In this document: piece after piece, positions 35,591 to 47,469 of the stretch
Layout of the letters: the number at the start of each line of letters is the position of its first letter
Numbering within the stretch: position 1 is the first letter of the stretch
Assembly (NCBI GenBank): GCA_034927165.1
Contig: JAYFQJ010000030.1
Span: 1 to 59,443, forward strand
DNA from: Oscillospiraceae bacterium
GTDB taxonomy: Bacteria > Bacillota > Clostridia > Oscillospirales > Ruminococcaceae
DNA length: 59,443 nucleotides
Reading direction: 5' to 3'
Position numbers and translations under genes: made by a program
The notes under the pieces: generated by a model
Database searches by the model: none
What the model was told of the DNA's origin: nothing
The model's input: the letters and a program-made list of their open reading frames with translations, nothing else

Positions 35591-36103
35591 ATGCGCAATC
35601 AGAAGACAAGGACCGTCGCCTTCATGGGGCTGCTCGTCGCGCTCGCGATCACGCTGTCCTATATTGAAGCGCTGGTGCCGTCCTTTATCCCCGTTCCGGG
35701 CGTCAAGCTCGGCTTGTCCAATATCGCTACGATGTACTGTCTGTTTTTTGTGGGCGCGCCGAGCGCGCTGCTGCTCGCGGTGTTGAAGTCCGCCTTTGTG
35801 CTGCTGACGCGGGGCGTGACGGCGGGGGCGCTCAGCCTTGCCGGGGGTCTTTTGTCCGTCGGGGTGATGGCGCTCGCCACAGCGCTGCACGCATCCAAGG
35901 GTCTCGCGAGCGTTGCGGGCGCAGTGTTCCACAATCTCGGGCAGCTTGCTGCCGCGTATCTTCTGCTGCGCACGGCGACGGTGCTTTACTACGCGCCGGT
36001 GCTCATCCTCAGCGGCGTCGTCATGGGCGTGCTCACGGCGAGCGCGCTGCGTCTGCTGCTGCCCGCGCTGCAGCGCATTCGCGGTCAAAACGGAAACAAG
36101 TAA
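35591..36103 (+). CDS. Gx transporter-family membrane protein (Hpre_diP_synt_I-like)
   Basis: RTVAFMGLLVALAITLSYIEALVP..PGVKLGLSNIATMYCLF. GGAGGG lies before the ATG at 35591. Confidence 0.75.
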   Translation: MRNQKTRTVAFMGLLVALAITLSYIEALVPSFIPVPGVKLGLSNIATMYCLFFVGAPSALLLAVLKSAFVLLTRGVTAGALSLAGGLLSVGVMALATALHASKGLASVAGAVFHNLGQLAAAYLLLRTATVLYYAPVLILSGVVMGVLTASALRLLLPALQRIRGQNGNK

Positions 36104-36123
36104 AAAAAATGCCGCGGGATGTA

Positions 36124-36151
36124 TTGACATTTGAGAAAAATGGGTTAAAAT
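36124..36151 (+). promoter_or_regulatory. Sigma-A promoter of groESL
   Basis: TTGACA (36124-36129), 16 nt, then TAAAAT (36146-36151). Confidence 0.7.
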
Positions 36152-36155
36152 ATTC

Positions 36156-36492
<337 letters not shown>

Positions 36493-36514
36493 TAAACCTA
36501 TTATCAAGGAGTGA

Positions 36515-38152
<1,638 letters not shown>

Positions 38153-38174
38153 GAATAATTTTCTTCCTCTTGAA

Positions 38175-38203
38175 AGCGGAGACCGACAGGTCTCCGCTTT
38201 TGC
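38175..38203 (+). terminator. Rho-independent terminator after groEL
   Basis: 10-bp stem AGCGGAGACC/GGTCTCCGCT with a 4-nt loop, followed by TTT. Confidence 0.8.
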
Positions 38204-38250
38204 GCGTTTAAAAGCTCCGCGCGCCGTCAACACTAAGCGCGGGTGATAAG

Positions 38251-39852
38251 ATGACAAGGAAACGCGTTTACATCCTGTTTTTTATACTCGTGCTGTTTGC
38301 AAATATCGTCATGCTGCGCCTGTTCACGCTTATGAGCGACGCCGATTACGCCGCGGCCGTAGAGAGCCAGAGCACCTACACGCAGAAAATCGCCTCGCTG
38401 CGCCCGGATTTTTACGACTGCAGTGGGCGCCTGCTGACAGGCGTCGACAGCGCGCAGCTTGCCGTCGCCGTTCCCGGTGACACGGCGAGCTGGTCGCTGC
38501 GGGATTATGTCGACGAAAGCGGCCTTGCGGGCTTTGACGAGAATATGCTGGGCAGTCTGCCGTTCACGGTGCGCCTGAGCGGAGCGCTGCCCGATCTTCT
38601 GCCGGTGGACACCGTCGCCGTCAGCAAACGGTACGGCGGCCTTTCGCTCGCGCGGCATCTCATCGGATATCTCGATTACGAAAATAGGGGCGTCACGGGG
38701 CTCGAAAGCGTTTTTGAGACCTACCTGTCGCAGAATACCGTGTCGCAGTATCTGCAGGTGTAGACCAACGCGCGCGGACAGGCGATCGACGGGGAACCGG
38801 TGCGCGTCGTCACGGACGGGACCGCGGCGGGCGGCGTGACGCTCACCATCGACGCGACCATCCAATATGCCGCAGAACGGATCGCCGACAGCAGCTTCCG
38901 GCGCGGCGCGATCGTCGTCGCCGACTGCGCGACGGGCGAGCTGCTCGCGCTCGTCAGCCGTCCGAACTACGACCAGAACGACGTCGGCGCGTCGATAGAA
39001 AAGAACGACACGTCGCTGCTCGATCGCACGAGGACGGCGTACAATGTCGGCTCCGTCTATAAACCGGTCATCGCCTGCGCGGCGCTCGACGCGGGCGTCA
39101 GCGAGACGTTCACCTACGAGTGCGCGGGGGAGATCGAGGTGGACGGCGTCGTCTACAGCTGCAACAACGGCAAGGCGCACGGGAAGATGACGCTCGAGAG
39201 CGCGCTCGCGCAGTCCTGCAACACCTACTTTATCGCGCTCGGGCAGAAGGTGGGCGCGCAGGCGATCTACAACACGGCGCAGGCGCTCGGCCTCGGGTCG
39301 GCGCTGACGCTCTGCGAGGGCTTCACGACGGCGAAGGGCAGCTTCCCGAGCGAGGCGGCGCTGGAAAGCAGCGCGGCGGAGCTGTGCAACCACAGCTTCG
39401 GGCAGGGCAAGCTGCTGCTGACGCCGATGCACATCGCGGCGTATACGATGTGCATCGCAAACGGCGGTATATACCGGGAGCTGTCGGTCGTCAAGAGCGT
39501 CGGCGGGGAAGCCGCGCCCGCCGCGCGTGAAAAGCGCGCCGTAGGGGAGACCGCGGCGAACACCGCAGCGGCGGCGATGCGCGAGGCGATGCTGACAGGG
39601 ACGGGCGCGGGCGGCGCGCCGCAGACGGTCTCCTCGGCGGGCAAGACCGGCACGGCGCAGACGGGCGCGTACAACGACGACGGAAGCGAGGTCGTCATCG
39701 GCTGGTTCACCGGTTTTTTTCCGGCGGAGGAACCGCGCTATGCGGTGACGGTCATGGTGGAGACCGAGGGCTACGGCTACGCGAGCGCGGCGCCGGTTGT
39801 CGGGCGCCTCGCGGACGTGATAGCGGCGTACGAAGCCGAGAAGACCGCTTGA
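38251..39852 (+). pseudogene. PBP2/FtsI/SpoVD-class penicillin-binding transpeptidase with an in-frame TAG
   Basis: N-terminal TM anchor plus pedestal (38251-38760). TAG at 38761-38763. The same frame continues into an intact transpeptidase domain with SVYK (SxxK), SCN (SxN) and KTGTA (KTG). Confidence 0.75.
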
Positions 39853-39877
39853 CAAAGGCGATTTCGTTTCCTATAAT
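39849..39877 (+). promoter_or_regulatory. Consensus sigma-A promoter of alaS
   Basis: TTGACA (39849-39854), 17 nt, then TATAAT (39872-39877). Confidence 0.8.
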
Positions 39878-40066
39878 ACTAATGTTGTAAAAGAATAGAA
39901 AAAGGCGTTGAGACGGCGTTGCGAACCGTCGAGCCGCGTATTGATACGACGTGCGGACCGCGTTAAGGTCCGATACATGAGCGGCGCGCGGCAAAGCGCG
40001 CAATGCGGGTGGTACCGCGGATGCTTCGGCCTTCGTCCCGTTCCGGGGCAAAGGTATATATTTTTT
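39878..40066 (+). promoter_or_regulatory. T-box leader (tRNA-sensing riboswitch) of alaS
   Basis: Conserved T-box GGGTGGTACCGCG at 40007-40019. Terminator hairpin 40030-40054 followed by a T-run to 40066. The GCC at 39933-39935 is only a tentative specifier. Confidence 0.8.
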
Positions 40067-40096
40067 GATCATAATAATTACATTTTGGGGTGTACT

Positions 40097-42730
40097 ATGG
40101 AGTGGACCGGTCTCAATGAGCTGCGCGAGCAGTTCCTCAGCTTTTATGTGGGCAAGGGGCATTATCGCATGGAGAGCTTCCCGCTCATCCCGCAGGACGA
40201 CAAGAGCCTGCTGCTCATCAATTCCGGCATGGCGCCGCTGAAAAAGTATTTTCTCGGACAGGCGAAGGTGCCGGGCAACCGCGCGACCACCTGTCAGAAA
40301 TGTATCCGCACGCCCGACATCGAGCGCGTCGGAAAAACTGCCCGCCACGGCACCTATTTCGAGATGCTCGGCAACTTCTCCTTCGGCGATTACTTCAAGC
40401 GCGAGGCGATCCACTGGGCGTGGGAGTTCATCACGACGGTCATCAAAATGCCCGTCGACCGCCTGTACATCTCGGTGTTTGAGGACGACGACGAGGCCTA
40501 CGGCATCTGGACGAAGGAGATCGGCGTCGAGCCGTCCCATATGGTGCGCCTCGGGCGGGACGACAATTTCTGGGAGATCGGCAGCGGCCCGTGCGGCCCG
40601 TGCTCGGAGATCTATTTCGACCGCGGAGAAAAGTACGGCTGCGGCAAGCCGACGTGCGGCGTCGGGTGCGACTGCGACCGCTATGTCGAGTTCTGGAACC
40701 TCGTGTTCACCCAGTTCATCTCGGACGGCAACGGCCACTACGAGAAGATGGAGCACGGCAACATCGATACCGGCATGGGTCTTGAGCGGCTCGCGTGCAT
40801 CTGTCAGGGCGTCGACAACCTCTTCGAGGTCGACACGGTGCAGAACATCATGAAGCACATCGAGCGCATCGCGGGCGTCGAGTACCACAAGGACGACAAG
40901 ACCGACGTATCGCTGCGCGTCATCACCGACCACATCCGCAGCACCGTCTTTATGGTGGGCGACGGCGTGGGCCCGTCCAACGAGGGGCGCGGCTATGTGC
41001 TGCGCCGTCTGCTGCGCCGCGCGGCGCGCCACGGCCGGCTGCTGGGCGTCGAGCGCCCGTTCCTGTATGAGGTCTGCGACACGGTCATCGACGAGAACAA
41101 GAGCGCGTACCCGAATCTCGACGAGCACCGCGATTATATCAAGAAGGTCATCAAGGCTGAGGAGGAGCGCTTTGCGAAGACTGTCGACGCGGGCTTCGAG
41201 TCGCTCAACAGCCTGCTCGACGAGATGGAGAAAAAGGGTGAAACGGTGCTGTCCGGCAGTGAGGCGTTCCGCTTGAGCGACACGCTCGGCTTCCCGCTCG
41301 ATCTCACAAAGGAGATCATCGCCGAGCGCGGGTGCACTGTCGACGAGGACGCGTTCAACGCGCTGCTGTCGGCGCAGAAAAAGCGCGCGCGCGACGACGC
41401 GAAGAGCAGGGATTACAGCTGGGAGACGGACCTGTTCAAGGATCTCGGCTGTAAGCCGACTGAGTTTATCGGCTACGACACAATGGAAAGTGCGGCAAAG
41501 CTGCTGTTCATCGCGAAGGACGGCGGGGCCGTGGACGCGGCGGCCGAGGGCGACGAGGTCAAGCTCATCCTCGACAGGACGCCGTTTTATGCGGAAAGCG
41601 GCGGTCAGGTCGGCGACCGCGGCGCGATAGAGGCGGGCAAATGCGTCGTCGCCGTCAGCGACTGCCGCAAGACCAACGAGGGCTATTACGTCCACACGGG
41701 CGTTGTGAAGACCGGCGTGCTCGAGGCGGGCGCGGCGGTACAAGCGAAGGTCGACAAGAAGCTGCGCGCCGCGACGATGCGCAATCACACGTCGGCGCAT
41801 CTGCTGCAAGCGGCGCTGCGCGAGGTTCTCGGCGAGCATGTCCACCAAGCGGGTTCTTATGTCGACGAACATCGCGTGCGCTTCGACTTTACGCATTTTG
41901 AGGCGGTCAAGCCCGAGGAGCTGCGCCGCGTTGAGGAGATCGTCAATGATACGATCCTCGCCGGCATAGAGGTCAACCACAAGGTGATGCCCATCGCCGA
42001 GGCGAAAAAGCTCGGCGCGATGGCGTTGTTCGGTGAAAAGTACGGCGATATCGTGCGCGTTATCGAGGTGCCCGGCGTTTCCACTGAGTTCTGCGGCGGC
42101 ACCCATGTGCGCAACACGGCGTCGCTCGGGCTGTTCAAGATATTGAGCGAGGCCTCCGTCGCGGCAGGCGTGCGCCGCATCGAGGGCACGACGGGCAGGG
42201 GGGTGCTCGACTACATCCGCGCGGACGACGCGCTGCTCGCCGAAACGGCGGCCGTGTTCAGGCTCACGGGCAAGGAGGAGCTGCCGGCGAAGGCGAAGGC
42301 CGCGCTCGCGCAGACGAAGGAGCTCGAGCGGGCGCTCGAGGCCGCCAATGCGAAGCTTGCGGGCTCTGCGGCGGACGCGATCCTTAAGAGCGCCGAGGAC
42401 GTCGGCTGCGTGCGCGTTTTTACGGGAACGCTTGCGGGAGCGTCGGCGGACGCGCTGCGCGATACGGCGGCCATGCTGCGCGACAAGTATCCGCTGAGCG
42501 TCGCGGTGCTCGCGTCCGCGGGCGACAAGCTCACGCTGTGCGCGGCGGTCGGCGCGGACGCCCAGAAGAAGGGCCTGCGCGCGGGCGATATCGTCAAAGC
42601 GGCGGCGGCGGCGGTCGGCGGCTCCGGCGGCGGAAAGCCGGATCTCGCGATGGCGGGCGGCCGGGACGCCGCAAAACTGCCGGAAGCGTTCGCGGCGGCC
42701 AAGGCGGCCGTTGCGGCGAATATCAGATAG
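40097..42730 (+). CDS. alaS: Alanine--tRNA ligase
   Basis: FEMLGNFSFGDYFK, editing-domain HTSAHLL and a C-terminal DHHA1-like region. 877 aa from the ATG at 40097. Confidence 0.97.
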   Translation: MEWTGLNELREQFLSFYVGKGHYRMESFPLIPQDDKSLLLINSGMAPLKKYFLGQAKVPGNRATTCQKCIRTPDIERVGKTARHGTYFEMLGNFSFGDYFKREAIHWAWEFITTVIKMPVDRLYISVFEDDDEAYGIWTKEIGVEPSHMVRLGRDDNFWEIGSGPCGPCSEIYFDRGEKYGCGKPTCGVGCDCDRYVEFWNLVFTQFISDGNGHYEKMEHGNIDTGMGLERLACICQGVDNLFEVDTVQNIMKHIERIAGVEYHKDDKTDVSLRVITDHIRSTVFMVGDGVGPSNEGRGYVLRRLLRRAARHGRLLGVERPFLYEVCDTVIDENKSAYPNLDEHRDYIKKVIKAEEERFAKTVDAGFESLNSLLDEMEKKGETVLSGSEAFRLSDTLGFPLDLTKEIIAERGCTVDEDAFNALLSAQKKRARDDAKSRDYSWETDLFKDLGCKPTEFIGYDTMESAAKLLFIAKDGGAVDAAAEGDEVKLILDRTPFYAESGGQVGDRGAIEAGKCVVAVSDCRKTNEGYYVHTGVVKTGVLEAGAAVQAKVDKKLRAATMRNHTSAHLLQAALREVLGEHVHQAGSYVDEHRVRFDFTHFEAVKPEELRRVEEIVNDTILAGIEVNHKVMPIAEAKKLGAMALFGEKYGDIVRVIEVPGVSTEFCGGTHVRNTASLGLFKILSEASVAAGVRRIEGTTGRGVLDYIRADDALLAETAAVFRLTGKEELPAKAKAALAQTKELERALEAANAKLAGSAADAILKSAEDVGCVRVFTGTLAGASADALRDTAAMLRDKYPLSVAVLASAGDKLTLCAAVGADAQKKGLRAGDIVKAAAAAVGGSGGGKPDLAMAGGRDAAKLPEAFAAAKAAVAANIR

Positions 42731-42743
42731 AGGAGGGCGCCGG

Positions 42744-43082
42744 ATGGATTGTCTGTTTTGTAAGATCGCGGCGGGGGATATTCCGAGCGACCGGATCTAT
42801 GAGGACGACCTGGTCGTCGCCTTCAACGACATCGCGCCGCAGGCGCCCGTGCATTTTCTTGTTATCCCGAAGCGGCACATCGAAAGCTGCGCCGCGATCG
42901 ACGCGGACAACAGCGCGATCGTCGCGCATATCTTTGAGGTGATCGCGAAGCTCGCGAAGGAGCGCGGCTTGTCTGAGGGCTTTCGCGTCGTCTCCAACAC
43001 CGGCGAACAGGCGGGGCAGTCGGTGCCGCATCTGCATTTCCACGTCCTCGCAAAACGCGACCTTACTTGGCCTCCGGGCTGA
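42744..43082 (+). CDS. HIT-family (Hint-like) nucleotide hydrolase
   Basis: CLFCKI... N-terminus and the histidine triad VPHLHFHVL. Confidence 0.9.
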   Translation: MDCLFCKIAAGDIPSDRIYEDDLVVAFNDIAPQAPVHFLVIPKRHIESCAAIDADNSAIVAHIFEVIAKLAKERGLSEGFRVVSNTGEQAGQSVPHLHFHVLAKRDLTWPPG

Positions 43083-43108
43083 TTATAGAGAATAAGGGAG
43101 AAATAGAA

Positions 43109-43654
43109 ATGGATAAAACCTATGAACTGCATGTCGCGGGGCTGACCCGTCAGCTCCCCATCTGCAAGGTCAACGACGAGCTTTCCATCGCCGCGTTCAT
43201 CATGCTGTCCGACGTGGAGCTGACCATCCGCTGCGCCGAGGAGCTGCTCAAGAAGGTGCCGGATTTTGATGTTCTCGTGACGGCCGAGGCGAAGGGGATT
43301 CCGCTCGCGTACGAGATGTCCCGCCAGAGCGGCAAGGTCTATATCGCCGCGCGCAAGATGAGCAAGCTTTACATGAAGAATCCCATCGAGGTGAGCGTCA
43401 AGTCCATCACGACGGATCACATCCAGACGCTGTTCATCGACGAGCACGAGATCGAGATGATCAAGGGCAAGCGCATCCTCATCGTCGACGACGTCATCAG
43501 CACGGGCGGCTCGCTGCTCGCGCTCGAAGCGATTGTCAACAAGGCCGAGGGCAACATCGTCTGCAAGGCCGCCGTTCTCGCCGAGGGCGTCGCCGCCGAC
43601 CGCGACGACATCGTTTATCTTGAGGTGCTGCCGATCTTCGGCACGGAGAAATAG
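43109..43654 (+). CDS. Phosphoribosyltransferase-family protein (Apt/purine PRT-like)
   Basis: PRPP-binding motif ILIVDDVISTGGS. Confidence 0.8.
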   Translation: MDKTYELHVAGLTRQLPICKVNDELSIAAFIMLSDVELTIRCAEELLKKVPDFDVLVTAEAKGIPLAYEMSRQSGKVYIAARKMSKLYMKNPIEVSVKSITTDHIQTLFIDEHEIEMIKGKRILIVDDVISTGGSLLALEAIVNKAEGNIVCKAAVLAEGVAADRDDIVYLEVLPIFGTEK

Positions 43655-43704
43655 AGAAGAGATCGATTTTTGCTACTCATTCATGAGTTTGAAGGAGTAC
43701 GGAC

Positions 43705-45810
43705 ATGAAACGACCGCTTGCGACGCTCGGAACCACGGTTCTGTGTTCGCTTGCGGCCGTTTTTGCGTGGGGAACAGGGGCCGGCGCGCTGCTGCTGATC
43801 GCGGCGAGCGCGGCGTCGATCGCCCTTTTCTTTCTCCGACGCCGCGCAAAAACGCTGGAGACGGCGTTCGCCGTCGCGCTCGCGATCACGATTGGGCTCG
43901 GCGCCGGCACAGCGGTGCAGACGCGCTGCGACCGCGCTTTTGCCGAGTACGCGGGTACGCAGCGGACGCTGCGGGTGCTTGTGACGGAGGTTTCCGCGCA
44001 GGGGACGTCCGTCTACGCGCGGGGCGTCGTTCAAACGGCGGACGGCTCGCCGGAGCGCAGGCTCTCCGTCCGGTTTTATTGTTATGACAATATCAAGCCG
44101 GGCGACGTCGCGGACGGCTGCTTTTTGCTCGGCGCGCACGCGCTCGACAGCGCGAGTGCGCGGACGGTTCTTTTCGCCGCCGCGCAGGGCGGGCTCTCCG
44201 TCCAGCCCCGGGAAAACCGCTGGCTTTCAGCGGCGTATGCGATCCGGACAAAGCTCACCGTCGCGATGACGTCGGTGCTGTCCGGCGCGGAGGGGCAGCT
44301 CTGCGCGGCGGTGCTCACGGGCGACAAAGCGCTGCTGCCCGCGACGCTGCGGCTGCTGCTTCAGCGCGCGGGCGTCAGCCATATGCTCGTCGTGTCGGGG
44401 CTGCACGTCAGCGCGATGCTGGGCCTTCTGCTGAAGCTGCTGCGAAAGCTGCGCGCTTCCGGGGCGGTCGGCTTTTTCTGTACGCTTCTCGCGGCGGGAC
44501 TGCTGAGCCTGTTTTACGGCTTTACGCCGTCGGTGCTGCGCGCGTGTGCGATGACGGCGCTGGTCGTTTTGGCGAAGCTCGTGAACGGTCGCGCAGACGG
44601 CTTTACCTCGCTCACGGCGGCGGCGCTTTTCATCGCGCTTGTCGACGCAAAATCCGTTATAGACGTTTCCTTCCTGCTGTCTTATGCCTGCTGCTTTGCA
44701 ATCGTCGTGATCTTCCCGCGGCTTTGCGCTGCGCTGTGTCGACGCTTTCCTCGCCTCGCCGTACAAGTCGCCCATGCGCCCGCGCCGTCGCTGCGCCCGT
44801 GGGCGCGGACACTGCTGCTGCCGCCGGTCGTAAATCTTGTTACGCTGCCGGTGCTGGTGCTGTTCTCCATGCCGCTATCGCTCGCCGCGCCGTTTTCCAA
44901 CCTGCTGATCGTGCCGCTCGTGCCGATCCTGCTCGCGTTGTCGGCGCTGACGGTCGTCTTGTTTTTTCTCGCGCCGCTGCGCGCGTTGTGCAGCCTTTGC
45001 GGCCTCGCCGCAGGGCTGGCAGCAAAGCTGATCCTTGCGGTCTCCCGATTTTTCGCGGGCTTTTCGCTCGCGGCTGTGTCGCTCGACGCGGGATATCTGC
45101 GGCTTTGGGTGCTGCTCGCGTGCGCGATGTGGGGCGTCTTCTTACTGTCGCTCGGCGCCGTCAAGGCGCGCTTCGTGTGCGCTTGCTGCGCGGCGTCGTT
45201 GTTTTGCGGCGTGCTGTCCTGCGCCGTGCTGACGAAGGACCGCCCCTGCGCCGTGCTGCTGGGCGGCCGCGACATCGCCGTCTGCGACTGCGGCAGCGCC
45301 GGCGTTGTTTTCCGCGGCACGGCGGCGGACGAGGTCGATTATCTGCACGCCGACTTAAAATATCGCTTCATCCGCGACGTCCCGTATGTTATAATCACAG
45401 AGGACGTCGGGACCGGCGTGCGCCTTCGGCTGTCCGCGCTGTTTCCGAGCAGCGAGCTCGTCTATCTCACCGACAGCGCGCCGGACGCGCGCACCGGCGT
45501 GGATGCGGCCTATGTGCGCCGCGCGGTGAGAAACGCGGGGCTAACGCCTTATTTCGGCGGCAGCGTCGCGGCGGACTGCGCGGGGCATACGCTTCTTTTT
45601 TGCACCGCTGCGCCGGAGAATCCGGAGCGCTTTGAGCTGCTCGTATATTTTGAAGATGTGCAGCCGGCGCTCGCGGACGGGAAAACGGTCTGCTGTGCGC
45701 AGTACGGTTTCCCGCAGGCGGCTTACACCTATGCTTACGGCGGCGACGCCGCGTTCTATTTCAATGAATCAGGGATAAAGGCGGTGCTGGATCGTGCTTC
45801 AGCTCAGTGA
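43705..45810 (+). CDS. comEC: ComEC/Rec2-family DNA internalisation channel protein
   Basis: Competence domain with LLQRAGVSHMLVVSGLHV. Polytopic membrane protein. The C-terminal region lacks the metallo-beta-lactamase His motif. Confidence 0.85.
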   Translation: MKRPLATLGTTVLCSLAAVFAWGTGAGALLLIAASAASIALFFLRRRAKTLETAFAVALAITIGLGAGTAVQTRCDRAFAEYAGTQRTLRVLVTEVSAQGTSVYARGVVQTADGSPERRLSVRFYCYDNIKPGDVADGCFLLGAHALDSASARTVLFAAAQGGLSVQPRENRWLSAAYAIRTKLTVAMTSVLSGAEGQLCAAVLTGDKALLPATLRLLLQRAGVSHMLVVSGLHVSAMLGLLLKLLRKLRASGAVGFFCTLLAAGLLSLFYGFTPSVLRACAMTALVVLAKLVNGRADGFTSLTAAALFIALVDAKSVIDVSFLLSYACCFAIVVIFPRLCAALCRRFPRLAVQVAHAPAPSLRPWARTLLLPPVVNLVTLPVLVLFSMPLSLAAPFSNLLIVPLVPILLALSALTVVLFFLAPLRALCSLCGLAAGLAAKLILAVSRFFAGFSLAAVSLDAGYLRLWVLLACAMWGVFLLSLGAVKARFVCACCAASLFCGVLSCAVLTKDRPCAVLLGGRDIAVCDCGSAGVVFRGTAADEVDYLHADLKYRFIRDVPYVIITEDVGTGVRLRLSALFPSSELVYLTDSAPDARTGVDAAYVRRAVRNAGLTPYFGGSVAADCAGHTLLFCTAAPENPERFELLVYFEDVQPALADGKTVCCAQYGFPQAAYTYAYGGDAAFYFNESGIKAVLDRASAQ

Positions 45811-46828
45811 TAAAACCTTAAAAAAATCGCTCGCGGCGGATGGGCTGCAAAAGGTCTATCTGATCGCGGGCAACGATGCGTTTCTCATCAACACCTGCGC
45901 AAAGACCGTGCTCGACGCCGTGTTCGCGGGCGGGGAGCGGTTCGTCACGCTCTTTGACGCGCAGCATACGCCCGACGAGGAGCTGGAGGCCTTTTTTTTG
46001 AGTTTTTCTCTCGTCAGCGAGCCGAAGGCGGCCGTTTTTGAGGACTTTTCCGGCGCGGCGCTCAATAAGGAGCGCGCCGAGCTGCTGCGGTCGCTGCTCG
46101 CGCAGCAGCCGGACGACGTCACGGTCCTTCTTAAGGAGTATGTGGACGACAAGCGCTTTTTCGTTCCGAAAAAGTCGCAGCAGCTGCTGGACGGCCTGCG
46201 CCGCGCCGCCGTCGTGAGCGCGACGGCAAAGACGGGGTCGGAGCTTTGTGTTTATATCACCGCCATCGCGAAGCGGGAGGGCTGCTCTATTGAAGACGAC
46301 GCGGCGCAGCGGGTGGGCGAGCTGTGCGCGGGCGATTTGCTGCTCGCGGAAAATGAAATCAGAAAGCTCGCGGCGCTCAGCGGCTATGCATCGATAACCC
46401 GCGCGCACGTCGACGCCCTGTGCGTGCGCACGCCCGAGGCGGGCGTTTACGATATGATCAGCGCGATCGAACGGGGAAATGCGAAAAAAGCGCTTGGCGT
46501 GCTCGAGGATATGCTCGACGAGCGCACCGAGCCGCTCGCCATCACCGCCGCGCTGAATATCGCGTTCATCAACCTTTACCGCGCACGGCTCGCGCGCGAC
46601 GCGAAGCGCGGCGAGCGGGCGTTGTTCGATCTGTTCAATTATAAAAAGGGCGACCGCAAGGTCTCCATCGCCTACGAACGCAGCGCGCGCTATTCCGAGC
46701 GCCAGCTCGCGGACATCCTCGGGCTGCTGTATGCGCTGGATAAAAAGCTCAAATCCACCGCGGCCGAAAAGCGTTACGTGCTTGAGCAGGCGCTCGTTCG
46801 GCTCATGGCGAAGGCGGGCGCGTTGTGA
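45794..46828 (+). CDS. holA: DNA polymerase III delta subunit
   Basis: VYLIAGNDAFLIN N-terminus. Its length and its position after comEC are typical of Firmicutes. Confidence 0.85.
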   Translation: MLQLSDKTLKKSLAADGLQKVYLIAGNDAFLINTCAKTVLDAVFAGGERFVTLFDAQHTPDEELEAFFLSFSLVSEPKAAVFEDFSGAALNKERAELLRSLLAQQPDDVTVLLKEYVDDKRFFVPKKSQQLLDGLRRAAVVSATAKTGSELCVYITAIAKREGCSIEDDAAQRVGELCAGDLLLAENEIRKLAALSGYASITRAHVDALCVRTPEAGVYDMISAIERGNAKKALGVLEDMLDERTEPLAITAALNIAFINLYRARLARDAKRGERALFDLFNYKKGDRKVSIAYERSARYSERQLADILGLLYALDKKLKSTAAEKRYVLEQALVRLMAKAGAL

Positions 46829-47439
46829 TCGCGCTGTCCGCCGCGGTCGTCGTCGAGGGCAGATATGATGCGGCGCGCCTTGCGACGATCACCGACGCGC
46901 TCATCGTGCAGACGGACGGCTTCGGCGTCTTCACCGACCCGGAAAAACAGGAGCTGATCCGACGCCTTGCCGGGACGACGGGCGTCATCGTCCTTACGGA
47001 CAGCGACGCGGCGGGCTTCAGGATACGAAAATTTATCGAGGATATCACGGGCGGCGCGGGCGTGCGGCACGCATATATCCCGGAGATCCCCGGCAAGGAG
47101 CCGCGCAAGCGCGCGCCGGGCGCCGAGGGGCTGCTCGGGGTGGAGGGGGTCGACAGCGCGGTGATCGAAGCGGCGCTGCGCCGCTTTTGCGTCGAGCAGA
47201 CGCAGTGCCGGAGCGACAGGGAAATTGCGGCGGGCGACCTGTACGCCGACGGTCTGTACGGCACGCCGGGCGCCGGCGCGCGGCGGAATGCGTTCAAGCG
47301 GAACCTCGGCTTTCCGGCGCGCTTATCGCGCAATGCTTTTTTAAAGCTGCTCAACACGCTCGTTGGCTATGACGAATATAAAAGGCAGCTCTCCCACACG
47401 AAGGAGGAGCCGCCGGGGACCGACGAAAAAGAGGCATGA
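46825..47439 (+). CDS. Toprim-domain protein (RNase M5-like / DUF4093)
   Basis: VVVEGRYD carries the Toprim Glu, and VLTDSDAAG is the DxD motif. GTGA overlap with holA. Confidence 0.75.
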   Translation: MIALSAAVVVEGRYDAARLATITDALIVQTDGFGVFTDPEKQELIRRLAGTTGVIVLTDSDAAGFRIRKFIEDITGGAGVRHAYIPEIPGKEPRKRAPGAEGLLGVEGVDSAVIEAALRRFCVEQTQCRSDREIAAGDLYADGLYGTPGAGARRNAFKRNLGFPARLSRNAFLKLLNTLVGYDEYKRQLSHTKEEPPGTDEKEA

Positions 47440-47440
47440 G

Positions 47441-47467
47441 AAAAGCCCCGGGGGACCGGGGCTTTTT
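47441..47467. terminator. Bidirectional terminator between convergent genes
   Basis: 8-bp stem AGCCCCGG/CCGGGGCT flanked by A4 and T5. Confidence 0.7.
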
Positions 47468-47469
47468 CC

